Shown: piece by piece, positions 29,512-39,432 of the stretch
Layout: each line of letters begins with the position of its first letter
How positions within the stretch are numbered: the stretch's first letter is position 1
Source: Patescibacteria group bacterium
GTDB taxonomy: Bacteria; Patescibacteriota; Microgenomatia; Levybacterales; UBA12049
Reading direction: 5' to 3'
Assembly (NCBI GenBank): GCA_026004395.1
Contig: BPJB01000001.1
Span: 713,226 to 777,225 of the forward strand
DNA length: 64,000 bases
Program-made: the position numbers and the translations under genes
Notes under the pieces: model-generated
Told to the model about the DNA's origin: nothing
Databases searched by the model: none
What the model saw: only the letters and a program-made list of their open reading frames with translations

Positions 29512-30534
29512 TTGGTAATATTTGGAAATTTATATAAATCTATGTTAATTCCTCCTAAATATATTTTTACACCAAAAATTTCTCAATATCTTCAGATAAT
29601 CGAGGCTGCAAAAAGCGTAATTGATACAATTAATATTCCTCCTGAAGTGGGGATGAATATAAGACGTCAAAACCTTCTTAAAAGTTCTCTTTTTTCTGCT
29701 CGTATTGAAGGTAATACATTAACTTTGGAGGAATTAACTCGCATACCCTCCAAAGATCAAAAGAAAGTGGAAGTTATAAATATTTTGAAAGGACTCCAAA
29801 TGGTACAAAAAAGAGGAGCACGCGACCTGACCATAACATTTATTAAAGATCTGCATAAAAAAGTCATGTCAGGACTAGGCGAGAAAGGTACCATCTGAAA
29901 CTTCCGTACAGAAATGAGTGCTATTTTCAACAGTGCGGGTATTGCAATCTATCTTCCTCTCCCGCCTCGACTCGTATTTGGACTGATAGAAAGACTACTC
30001 CGCTTTGCAAATAGTTCAAAAGAACAATTTGTACCTGTGCGTTCTGTACTTACACATTATACATTTGAAAAAATTCATCCATTTTTAGATGGTAACGGCC
30101 GTGTAGGAAGACTCCTATTACAATCAGTACTAGAAAAAACAGGATATGGGATGAAAGGACTTATCACAATTGATGAATATTTAGATAAACATCGAACAGA
30201 GTATTACGATCTTTTAGCTCTTGGAGAAAAAGACGTCACAGAGTATGTGGAGTTCATGCTTGAGGGTCTTGCAGAAACAGCTGAGTCAGCGAAAAAAATT
30301 ATACTTAATAAAAAACAAATACGACCTGAAGATTATCTTCTTCCTCCACGCGCTGAAATTTTGGAGATAATAAGAGATCACCAAATAGTATCATTTGATA
30401 CAATCAAACGAAGATTCTTTGCTGTCAATGATCGAACATTAAGATACGATCTCAAAAAACTACAAGATGCAGGGATAATCAAAAAAAGAGGTATAACAAA
30501 AGGAGCTTATTACGAACCTAAGAACCAATCTTAA
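29512..30534 (+). pseudogene. Fic/Doc-family (AMPylase-type) gene interrupted by a single in-frame TGA at 29896-29898
   Basis: ORFs 29512-29898 and 29914-30534 are in the same frame (offset 402 = 3x134) and separated only by the TGA. The read-through sequence is ...GEKGTI-[TGA]-NFRTEMSAIF...YLPLPP...HYTFEKIHPFLDGNGRVGRLLLQ. This carries the canonical Fic motif HPFx[DE]GNGR, and the TGA sits exactly at the conserved Gly of the G-x-(F/Y)-R element. Confidence 0.7.
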
Positions 30535-31612
30535 ATTCAATTACGTCTCCGTCCTGAACTATATATTCCTTGCCTTCAAACCGTGCTTTTCCAAGTTCTC
30601 TTGCTTTTTTTCGTCCACCTGATACAACATAATCATCAAAACTTATAACCTCTGCTTTAATAAATTTTTTGATGAAATCTGTATGAATTTCTCCTGCTGC
30701 AGTCATTGCGTTAGTTCCTTTCTTTATTGTCCATGCTCTAACTTCCTTCTCCCCTGCTGTAAAAAAAGAAATAAGCCCAAGAGTCTCATAGGCTTTCTGA
30801 ATCAGCTTTTCAAGCCCTGAGTAAGCAAGTCCCATCTCACGTAAATAAGATTTTTGCTCTTCTGGAGACAATGCTGAGAGTTCTTCTTCTACTTTCGCAC
30901 AAACGACCACTATTCGATTCTGAGATATCTGAAAAAGATTAGCATAACGCTGTTTTATAACTTCTTGTTGAATAAGCGATTCATCATCCTCTGAGACATT
31001 GAGAATTATAATTTCAGGCTTTGCGGTCAAAAAAAACATCTTCTTGACTATCTCACTCTCTTCATCACTGAACTTCATCTGTCGCACCAATACGCCAGCA
31101 TTCAAATCATCAATAATACGTTTGAACAATATCTTCTCTGCTTGATTTTTGATTCGTGCCTCATGATTTCTGGCAGTCTGCAAATCTGCAAGTAATAGCT
31201 CTGTTTGAATCACTGCATAATCAGTTTCAGGATCACTGCTTCCCTCTCGAATGATTTTTTCATCTGTAAATGCTCTTACTACATGAGCAATGACACTCAC
31301 TTCTCGAATATGAGATAAAAATTTATTCCCCAACCCTGATCCCTCATGCGCACCCTTTACCAATCCTGCAATATCAACAAATTCAACAGTTGCTGGTTTG
31401 ATCGGAGGAAGCTCTACCATTTTCTCTTCTTCTTTGGTAATCTCAGCCAATTTTTGCAACCTCTCATCCGGTACTGGGACTACTCCTATGTTTGGCTCAA
31501 TGGTGGCAAACGGATAATTTGCAGCAAGTGCCTGCTGCTTCTTTAAAAGTGCATTAAAAAGAGTACTTTTGCCAACATTGGGCAATCCAATAATACCTAC
31601 GCTCAAGTTCAT
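30518..31612 (-). CDS. ychF: Ribosome-binding ATPase YchF (Obg-family GTPase)
   Basis: G1 motif GIIGLPNVGKSTLFNAL, G3 DIAGLVKGA and a C-terminal TGS domain. Confidence 0.9.
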   Translation of the reverse strand: MNLSVGIIGLPNVGKSTLFNALLKKQQALAANYPFATIEPNIGVVPVPDERLQKLAEITKEEEKMVELPPIKPATVEFVDIAGLVKGAHEGSGLGNKFLSHIREVSVIAHVVRAFTDEKIIREGSSDPETDYAVIQTELLLADLQTARNHEARIKNQAEKILFKRIIDDLNAGVLVRQMKFSDEESEIVKKMFFLTAKPEIIILNVSEDDESLIQQEVIKQRYANLFQISQNRIVVVCAKVEEELSALSPEEQKSYLREMGLAYSGLEKLIQKAYETLGLISFFTAGEKEVRAWTIKKGTNAMTAAGEIHTDFIKKFIKAEVISFDDYVVSGGRKKARELGKARFEGKEYIVQDGDVIEFKIGS

Positions 31613-31870
31613 ATCCCAACTTTTAGGTAGCTAGCTGGTATGCAAGTGATATCTGTATCCATACTTCTACCCCGTTCCTTTATTTTAAAATAACTTTCTC
31701 TATTAGAGCTCAAAGAAATGTAATTTCCTGCAAGCATTATTACCTCTGCCTGATAAATAACTTTGGCTCAAACAATAAAAAAACTTTCTTATCTCCACTA
31801 GTCACAGCCATAAAGCTTAATTGCTATAATGAATACTAATAATAATAAAAAAGTCGTTATAACTCAATAA

Positions 31871-33349
31871 ATGGACACTAAACAATCAAAAACAAAACTT
31901 TTCTTAAGGAGATTATTAATTAATTGGGATTTTTTTGTTCTTGGTTTTTTAATTCTCGCATATATTTTTATCCTTGTAACACTTTCAATTAAAAGACATG
32001 ATGCTTTTGCTTCACGGTTTGACCTTTCAAACATGGATCAAACTCTTTGGTATACACTACATGGTCACTTCTTCCAGCTTCGTAATCCCGATGAACTAAT
32101 GTCTCGTTTTTCAATTCATGCAGACCTTATTCTTGTGTTACTCTCCCCTCTCTACCTTATCTGGGATGACGTACGTATGCTTATTGCCTCTGAGTCAGTC
32201 TTTTTAGCGCTTGGTGCTATACCTGTTTATCTTCTCTCATTAAAACTGTTAAAGAATAAAATTATTTCTCTTGTTATTGCTGCAGTATATCTTCTAAATC
32301 CAGGCATGCAATGGACTGATATTTATGATTTTCATGGTGTATCACTTGCTATACCATTTATTCTCTATGCCTTCTACTTCGCTTACATTAAAAGATGGAT
32401 TTGGTATGGAGTATTTGTTTTGCTTGCCCTTTTAACAAAAGAAAATATTTCACTCATTATTGCTATGCTCGGAATTGCAGTTTTTTTTGTTTTTAAAAAA
32501 AAATGGATAGGATTGGCAACATTTATTATTGGAATTGTATGGTTTTTTACTATGGTGAATGTAGTAATGCCTTATTTTACTCCATCAGGGAAGCATTGGG
32601 CATTAGAAGGAGTGAGTGATGTAGGTGATGATCCTTTATTTAGTGTCATTAAGAAACAAATGGATCTGAATACTTTTTTACGTACATTTGTTTTCAACAA
32701 AGAAGCACAAGAGTATTACATTCTTTTATTAAAACCTTACGCTTTTCTACCTCTAATTGGACTTCCGTGGATTCTTATTTCAGCACCTGAGTTTGCAATT
32801 AATATCCTCAGAGGCACAACAATGATTGTGTTCCATTATGACAGCGGTATTATACCCGGACTTGTTTTAGGAACCATTTTTGGTATGTATTATGTTCAAT
32901 GGATCATAACTCATTTTAGGTTTACTAAAAAATACACAACAATTGTTATGTATGTAGTGGCTGCATTACTTCTAACGGCTGCATTGAGGGTCAATTATCA
33001 TTATAGTCCTTTACCTACTACACCATCTTGTTCCTGCTATATCTATAATGTAACGCGTGAAGATAGGGAATTTGAGAAAGTATTGCAGAGCATCCCTAAA
33101 GATGCATCTATTACAGCATCTCTGGAAATACGCCCGCATGTAAGTCATCGTTTTCATGCATATACCGTTCCTAGCGCAACAGAGTCAGCACAATTCATTG
33201 CTTTGATTACTCAAAACAGATTAATCAGTAACTACGATCCAAAAGAGTATGAAAATAAACTAATACCTATTCTTTTGAAAAGTAAAAACCACAAATTAAG
33301 ATATAAAAGCGAACATTTCTACTTGTTTGAAAAACTGAACTTCAAGTAG
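31871..33349 (+). CDS. DUF2079-like polytopic membrane protein (putative GT-C-type glycosyltransferase)
   Basis: 492 aa with more than 10 TM helices. The conserved F-D-L-x-x-x-D-Q-x-x-W element (RFDLSNMDQTLW) is typical of DUF2079/GT-C membrane proteins. Confidence 0.4.
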   Translation: MDTKQSKTKLFLRRLLINWDFFVLGFLILAYIFILVTLSIKRHDAFASRFDLSNMDQTLWYTLHGHFFQLRNPDELMSRFSIHADLILVLLSPLYLIWDDVRMLIASESVFLALGAIPVYLLSLKLLKNKIISLVIAAVYLLNPGMQWTDIYDFHGVSLAIPFILYAFYFAYIKRWIWYGVFVLLALLTKENISLIIAMLGIAVFFVFKKKWIGLATFIIGIVWFFTMVNVVMPYFTPSGKHWALEGVSDVGDDPLFSVIKKQMDLNTFLRTFVFNKEAQEYYILLLKPYAFLPLIGLPWILISAPEFAINILRGTTMIVFHYDSGIIPGLVLGTIFGMYYVQWIITHFRFTKKYTTIVMYVVAALLLTAALRVNYHYSPLPTTPSCSCYIYNVTREDREFEKVLQSIPKDASITASLEIRPHVSHRFHAYTVPSATESAQFIALITQNRLISNYDPKEYENKLIPILLKSKNHKLRYKSEHFYLFEKLNFK

Positions 33350-33725
33350 ATGAAGGATTTAACGAATATTAGAATTCTATCTGAGTAGAAAACTTGTATA
33401 TATACACTTACAAAAAGATAAAACTCTACTTAGGCTTATGTTGAGAAATTCCACGCAGCAAATGGTATTAAGTTTCCTCGACATAGGATGATCGTCGTTA
33501 CCTAAAAAATCTTTTAGCTTTGTAAACAACCAATAAATCTCTTAGAAAGTATTTCAAACCTCACCATTTATGGAATTGATTTGGTAATCTTTCCGAATTC
33601 GTCCCTCTTGACTATGATACCCTTTTTAGCTTAAAAATCTTAAACCCAAACTTAATTTATAAATTTGGTGACTGTAAACCACATATGGACAACTTTTTCA
33701 GCATCTTGAAAAGCATATTAACTCC

Positions 33726-33761
33726 TTGCCAAGTATACAGGTATACCTGTATACTTGGCAA
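33726..33761. promoter_or_regulatory. Perfect 36-bp palindrome (18+18), candidate operator/recombination site, 70 bp upstream of ORF 33832
   Basis: ttgccaagtatacaggta|tacctgtatacttggcaa is an exact reverse-complement palindrome with no spacer. It is not followed by a T-tract, so it is unlikely to be a simple intrinsic terminator. Confidence 0.6.
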
Positions 33762-33831
33762 AATACCATCCATCCTATCTAAACAGTTAAAAAGTATGAT
33801 ATAATAAGAGCACAGAATATAATTTCTCTAT

Positions 33832-35115
33832 ATGAGTTTAAACCCTGAAAATTTGAGACAAATTGGCATAAATGAAGACGGGAAAAATTCCCAGTTGTCA
33901 GAAAATATCCATGAAAAATTAGCTGCTAAAATAATTGAACGTATTGATAAAAAGGTTGAAAGATCTAAATTAGTAGTAATTGTAGGTCGAAAGGATAACG
34001 ATCAGCCAATTGATTACAAAAATGAATCAAATATTTTATTGGCTAGTATTCATCAACGACTCATAGAGGCATTCTCTATATACGGAAATTCTCATACACC
34101 TTTTCTATTTTATTCTCAAAAACAATATGACCAATTTAAAGAACATGGACTTTTAACTCTTTCAGAACAGCAAGCTCACATAGCATTTTCAGTTTTAGAG
34201 GCAGAAGATCAAGCAGAAGAAATCTTTCAAAATTTAACTTCTACAACGGTAGAGAGAATAAAAACAGCAGAACAAGAAGGCAACTTGTCTGATTACCTCA
34301 TGTGGCAATTGGTACCTAGAGAGCAATACTCTTATGAAAGAATAATAAATGAAACAGTCTACAACGCAATTTCTGGAAAACAAAATGTAACACTGGAAGA
34401 TTACATTGAAGAAATTGAACAGGAAAGAAAACAGTTTGCAGCAGAAGCTAGATTGATAAGACGTATGTATGAGATGTTTGATAAACTACCCGATAATGAC
34501 AAGATAAAAGTTGCCATTCTCAGACTTCCTGCAGAGGTGGATCTCCGTCGCCCTCAAAGGGTGCTCACATACTTCCCTCCTCACAGCTACAATAGATGGT
34601 CAAATGATATAGACGAAACTAACAGAGAGGCATTTACTATGTATTGTGTAACCTATGCTCCTTGTCTCCAACATGCATTTGATAGTTTATATAGATTGAC
34701 AAGAAAGAAAACACCTGATGGGCAATCTATACCAAGAGCATTCTATGTCACCTCTCAGCATGCACAAGGTATAGAGCATGAATCAAATTACCCTGAATCT
34801 GCACGCCGCTTTTTGGAGATTTCTTTTGCAGATGGTACCCCACCCATACCTGCAATTAGAGCAGAAATGCATGATAAATACCCAGGAGTAACTTTTATTC
34901 AAAAAGCGACAATACTCAGAGATGATATTGAACCAAATCTTGTCTTCGATGGTTCAAGATTACACTTTATCCTCGGACATGATGAAGATGGTACAAGGAT
35001 ATATCAAAATCAAATTCCTTATGTTTTGAATGCACTCACTGGTGGAGTAAGTAATGCTTATAATATTCGGGTTGATCAGTTTTTAAATAGAGAGCAGAAC
35101 ACATCAATAAAATGA
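33832..35115 (+). CDS. Hypothetical cytoplasmic protein (427 aa), no recognisable domain
   Basis: Long clean ORF with typical coding periodicity, appearing higher in GC than its flanks by eye. No TM segment, signal peptide or known catalytic motif was recognised by eye. Confidence 0.5.
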   Translation: MSLNPENLRQIGINEDGKNSQLSENIHEKLAAKIIERIDKKVERSKLVVIVGRKDNDQPIDYKNESNILLASIHQRLIEAFSIYGNSHTPFLFYSQKQYDQFKEHGLLTLSEQQAHIAFSVLEAEDQAEEIFQNLTSTTVERIKTAEQEGNLSDYLMWQLVPREQYSYERIINETVYNAISGKQNVTLEDYIEEIEQERKQFAAEARLIRRMYEMFDKLPDNDKIKVAILRLPAEVDLRRPQRVLTYFPPHSYNRWSNDIDETNREAFTMYCVTYAPCLQHAFDSLYRLTRKKTPDGQSIPRAFYVTSQHAQGIEHESNYPESARRFLEISFADGTPPIPAIRAEMHDKYPGVTFIQKATILRDDIEPNLVFDGSRLHFILGHDEDGTRIYQNQIPYVLNALTGGVSNAYNIRVDQFLNREQNTSIK

Positions 35116-35118
35116 AAG

Positions 35119-35769
35119 CTAAAAAAGTGTATCACCGTTTTCTTTGAGCCATTTTATCTGTTGACGGTATGACGGCTGGAGTTTCCTCACTTTCATCCAA
35201 AAAATTTGAGAATGATCTTTTACTATAGTATGCGCTAATTCATGAATAACAACGTAATTAATAACCAAAATTGGAGCCATAACAAGCCGCCAGTTAAATT
35301 GAAGTCTATTATCTTTAGAACATCTTCCCCACTGTGACTTTGTATCAGAAAATGTAATACTCCTAAAATTCGTTTGCATCTCTTCTGCATATTTTTTAGC
35401 TTGCTCTGTGATAATTTGTTTGGCTTGTTGCACATACCATGCAGTAAGTTCTTTTTCCTTGCGAAAAAGAAGTGATATCGGAAAAAGCAACCTATTTTCA
35501 GCAACAGAAATATGCTTATAGTTGCCACATGTGAGAGTCAGAATCTGACCGAGAAAAAGGTACTGATTTTCCTCTCTCTGCAATGCTCTCTTCGCAAGGA
35601 GCATGCGACGTTTAGCAATCAATTCACTCTGTTGTTCAACAAACTGTTCAATATTATGCTTAGACAAGTTCAGTGGTGCTTTGACCAGAAGTTTACCATC
35701 AGGTTGGATATATAGTGCCAGTGTTCTTCTCTTTGAGCGAACAAGCGTAAACTCTGGAATATTAAACAT
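35119..35769 (-). CDS. YgjP/DUF45-family zinc metallo-hydrolase (M48/WLM-like HExxH)
   Basis: C-terminal VINYVVIHELAHTIVKDHSQIFW is the DUF45 H-E-x-x-H signature. The N-terminus MFNIPEFTLVRSKRRTLALYIQPDGKLLVKAP is typical of this family. Confidence 0.65.
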   Translation of the reverse strand: MFNIPEFTLVRSKRRTLALYIQPDGKLLVKAPLNLSKHNIEQFVEQQSELIAKRRMLLAKRALQREENQYLFLGQILTLTCGNYKHISVAENRLLFPISLLFRKEKELTAWYVQQAKQIITEQAKKYAEEMQTNFRSITFSDTKSQWGRCSKDNRLQFNWRLVMAPILVINYVVIHELAHTIVKDHSQIFWMKVRKLQPSYRQQIKWLKENGDTLF

Positions 35770-35789
35770 GGAATTGTTCTCCTAGTGTG

Positions 35790-36950
35790 TTATAGTTTTT
35801 GCGGATTAATTCTTATAATCTTATCATCGCCTGCAACTGGAATTCCTCTTCCATCTTTATTACTCGTGGTAATATATAAATAACCGTCAGGACCTACTAC
35901 GGCATCCCGTATCCTTCCAAACTTCCCCTTAAAGTGTGCAATAACGCTTATAGGGTTTGCTGTAATCTTCGCCTCATAAAGAGATTGTCCCCTCAATCCG
36001 CCAAAGAATAACACATCTCCAATTATTGCCGCTGACGCGGGAGCCCATGTAGTAGTCACACCGGATGTTACTACAGGAGTGACCATCTCCTCTCGTCTTT
36101 CTGTGCCTTGAATTATGGGCCAGCCATAATTTTTGCCTGGTTCGATTTTGTTTATCTCATCGTTGCCAGATTGTAATCCTGAGGGACCATGCTCTGTTGA
36201 CCACAAATTACCATTGCGATCCCACGCAATTCCTTGTGGATTGCGATGACCATAAGAAAATATCAGATTACCAAATGGATTGCCAGGAGCTGACTCTCCT
36301 CTATCTGTTATTCGCAGGATTTTCCCCGCCAAGCTGTCTTTAGATTGGGCTAGAGAGGGCTGTTGAGCATCACCAGTTGTAACATAAAGAAATTTATCAG
36401 GACCAAACGCAATTCTTCCACCGTTATGATTAGTTGCACCTGGAATGCGATCCACAACAATCTCCATATTTTGCAGTTTATTATTCTCATATTTCATACG
36501 TACAACCCTATTGAAAGTATTGTTTTTATCAACGCTATACGTGTAATAAAAATATACATATCTATTTGAAGCAAACTCAGGATGCAAAGCAATACCCAGT
36601 AATCCTCCCTCTCCCACCTCTTTTACATCTCGTATTTCCGCAACAAGAGTAGAATTACCGTCTCGGTCAATATGCAACACCGTTCCTTTGCGCTCAGTTA
36701 CCAGCATACTCCCATCAGGCAAAAAGGCAATTCCCCATGGAGTATCTAGATGATCTGCCACAATAGTAATTTCTTGAGTATCATTTTCCTCAACTAAAGA
36801 TTTTTCAGTATTTATAGATTCTCTATTACTATTAAATATTAAAAGTAAATAAGGCTTTATATCCTTGAAGATCACTATTAGGCTAACAAATATTAAAACA
36901 AGAATAATAAAGAATTTTTTCATTGTACCTATTGTAGCACTCCTTACCAC
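35790..36950 (-). CDS. Soluble PQQ-dependent glucose/sorbosone dehydrogenase-like beta-propeller (YliI-like)
   Basis: N-terminal TM anchor. Propeller motifs include DTPWGIAFLPDG, NHNGGRIAFGPDGFLYVTTGD and GHRNPQGIAWD. Confidence 0.6.
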   Translation of the reverse strand: MVRSATIGTMKKFFIILVLIFVSLIVIFKDIKPYLLLIFNSNRESINTEKSLVEENDTQEITIVADHLDTPWGIAFLPDGSMLVTERKGTVLHIDRDGNSTLVAEIRDVKEVGEGGLLGIALHPEFASNRYVYFYYTYSVDKNNTFNRVVRMKYENNKLQNMEIVVDRIPGATNHNGGRIAFGPDKFLYVTTGDAQQPSLAQSKDSLAGKILRITDRGESAPGNPFGNLIFSYGHRNPQGIAWDRNGNLWSTEHGPSGLQSGNDEINKIEPGKNYGWPIIQGTERREEMVTPVVTSGVTTTWAPASAAIIGDVLFFGGLRGQSLYEAKITANPISVIAHFKGKFGRIRDAVVGPDGYLYITTSNKDGRGIPVAGDDKIIRINPQKL

Positions 36951-37019
36951 TAATTACATAAAAAGACTATCTAGCAAATTATCAAAAGATTAAGTACAAT
37001 GAATAAATATTGATTATTT

Positions 37020-37724
37020 ATGGAAATTATCCAGTTTCTTCTCCACTTGGATCAGCATATCTCAGCAATTATTGATGCGTTTGGAATATATACCTATATT
37101 ATTCTTTTTCTGATTGTTTTCGCTGAAACTGGTTTCGTTGTTACTCCTTTCCTGCCAGGTGATTCGCTTCTTTTTGTAGTTGGAACACTTGCAGGTAGTG
37201 GCTTTTTGAACATCTGGATTGTTTATATTTCGCTTCTTTTGGCAGCAATTCTTGGTGATAGTATTAATTACTGGATAGGACATCATACTGGACCAAAAAT
37301 ATTTGCAAAAGAAAACTCACGACTCTTTAACAAAGCCTATCTTGAAAAAACTCGTGAGTTTTACGCCAAGCATGGTGGCAAAACAATAATTCTTGCAAGA
37401 TTTTTACCTATTATTCGAACATTTGCACCTTTTGTTGCAGGAGTTGGGAAAATGCATTACTCAACCTTCATTTTCTACAATATTATTGGAGGGTTTATAT
37501 GGGTAACATCTCTGACTTTTGCAGGATATTTTTTCGGAGGACTTCCTTTTATCAAAGAGAATTTTGAATACGCAGTTATTGGCATAATAGTAATATCTAT
37601 TATGCCAATGATTATTGAGTACATCAAACACAAAAAAGGTCATCAAGTTACCAAAAAGCAACTTGAGTCTCTCACCTACAAAGATATTCAAAAAACTTTC
37701 AAAGAAGAACATCTTACTGACTGA
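37020..37724 (+). CDS. DedA/SNARE-associated (VTT-domain) membrane protein
   Basis: The DedA signature FLPGDSLLFVVGTLAG and ARFLPIIRTFAPFVAGV. Confidence 0.8.
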   Translation: MEIIQFLLHLDQHISAIIDAFGIYTYIILFLIVFAETGFVVTPFLPGDSLLFVVGTLAGSGFLNIWIVYISLLLAAILGDSINYWIGHHTGPKIFAKENSRLFNKAYLEKTREFYAKHGGKTIILARFLPIIRTFAPFVAGVGKMHYSTFIFYNIIGGFIWVTSLTFAGYFFGGLPFIKENFEYAVIGIIVISIMPMIIEYIKHKKGHQVTKKQLESLTYKDIQKTFKEEHLTD

Positions 37725-37732
37725 GACTCAGA

Positions 37733-38794
37733 TCACCGCAAATACTTCTTAAAAAAATCAACAGTTCTCTGCATTGCGAGTTGGAAACTCTCTCCTTCGA
37801 TATTATGTCCTCCACTCTCATATTCGAAAAACTCATGAGGTACTGCTGTTTTCTCCAAGAGAGTTAGAAGATCCCTACTATAACCTATGTTTACAACAGC
37901 ATCGTCAACTGCATGATGAAGTTGTATCGCTCCTTTTATCTCAGAAAGAAAAGATGTTGGAGCAACTTGTCTCCAAAAAATACTCTGTGCACTGGGACTA
38001 CCGTATTTCTTAAAAAGCTCATTTCTTTTACTCCTAAGCAGGGACATATTTTGTGGAGGACGATAGCTTAAGTCCTGAATTCCGTACTTTTGCATATCAA
38101 CGTAAGAATATACCGCACCAGCCCAAATAACAATTGCTGGAATATCAGGCTTAACCGCCATAGAGCGAAGCAAAATATTACCAGCCATACTATGCCCCCA
38201 CATACCAATGGCATTCGGATTAACAAAGTCAGCATTTTTTAAGGCTTCGTAGGCATTTAGCGTATCCACAACATAATCTGAACCATAATATCCTCCCCCT
38301 GGCTTACCTTCTGAATCACCATGCCCTCGAAGATCTATCTTCAGTACGACAAATCCATTTCTCGCTAGATAATCCACATATGCAGAATAAGATCTTCCAT
38401 TAGTAATGTATTGCTCAGGAGGAATATAACCGTGGACAAATACAATAGCCGGCCATCCCTTCTTAGGCATATCCCCACGAGGAATGGTAAGAAGAGCATT
38501 TATCTTCAACCCATCTGATGTATAACTCGTCAAGTAGGACAAATATTGACCGTTGTCCTCTAAAAATTTTAGCTCACCCAGCTTGCTTTCATACTTACGT
38601 GATCTAAGAAAGGGAATTGTCATTTCCTCAAAATAACTAAATTCTGTCTTATCTTGGGGATTAACTGAAGAATTTAAATTTTTTCGCAAAAATTCGGTAT
38701 GCGGTGAAGAAAACAAAACAATTAACAAATAAATTATCAAAAAGAAACTTAGAATTAACAAAAGCGTTTTTATTGATAAATAATTTTTTCTCAT
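37733..38794 (-). CDS. Alpha/beta-hydrolase (S9/dienelactone hydrolase-like), N-terminally membrane-anchored
   Basis: GxSxG nucleophile elbow (GHSMAGN), a C-terminal H in HHAVDDAVV, and an N-terminal TM helix. Confidence 0.6.
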   Translation of the reverse strand: MRKNYLSIKTLLLILSFFLIIYLLIVLFSSPHTEFLRKNLNSSVNPQDKTEFSYFEEMTIPFLRSRKYESKLGELKFLEDNGQYLSYLTSYTSDGLKINALLTIPRGDMPKKGWPAIVFVHGYIPPEQYITNGRSYSAYVDYLARNGFVVLKIDLRGHGDSEGKPGGGYYGSDYVVDTLNAYEALKNADFVNPNAIGMWGHSMAGNILLRSMAVKPDIPAIVIWAGAVYSYVDMQKYGIQDLSYRPPQNMSLLRSKRNELFKKYGSPSAQSIFWRQVAPTSFLSEIKGAIQLHHAVDDAVVNIGYSRDLLTLLEKTAVPHEFFEYESGGHNIEGESFQLAMQRTVDFFKKYLR

Positions 38795-38880
38795 TGCTGA
38801 TATTAGCTTAGGAAGATTAACACAGAAATAATAACTCTGAGTAAATACTAAATTATCTACTCTATGTCAATTAGAAATTT

Positions 38881-39351
38881 TTATTCAACAATCAATTTCC
38901 CCACCATTCCCATTTGTCTATGATTGCCAATCGAGCAATAATACTCAAACTCACCCTTTTTAGCGGCAACAAACTCAATTGTATCCTCTTGTCCAGCTGA
39001 AAGCTGCTTTGTGCGAACATTGTAGTCATCTAGTACAAAGTCATGAAAGCCTTCAGCTATTTTTAGCGTAACTTTTACAGTATCGCCTTGTCTTACTCGT
39101 ATCTCTTTGACATCATATCTAAAATTTGAAGCTGTGAGTGTAAATTCTTTTGTTGATACCTCTTCTTTATTCGCAGAGGGTAAGGACTCCTCACTTGTTG
39201 GATTGATAGACGTTGGTGTAGGTGTGGTAATAGCTTGCTGATTTTTAGATCCACTATTCGGAGTGTTAGTTGCATTATTAGTAAGCAACAAGAATAAACT
39301 ACTTAAAAAAACGATAACTATCAATATGATGATAATCGATTTAATGTTCAT
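38881..39351 (-). CDS. Membrane-anchored type-1 copper cupredoxin (second copy)
   Basis: Strong SD (aaggaggtgtaATG). TM anchor IIIILIVIVFLSSLFLLL, a Thr/Pro-rich linker, and a cupredoxin with the ligands H...C-x-x-x-x-H-x-x-M (FHDF...YYCSIGNHRQMGM). Confidence 0.65.
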   Translation of the reverse strand: MNIKSIIIILIVIVFLSSLFLLLTNNATNTPNSGSKNQQAITTPTPTSINPTSEESLPSANKEEVSTKEFTLTASNFRYDVKEIRVRQGDTVKVTLKIAEGFHDFVLDDYNVRTKQLSAGQEDTIEFVAAKKGEFEYYCSIGNHRQMGMVGKLIVE

Positions 39352-39432
39352 TATTACACCTCCTTTCTTAAGAGTTCAGTTTAAACAAACTCTACAAAAA
39401 AACAAGTACTTATCTAAAGATAAAACAAATAG

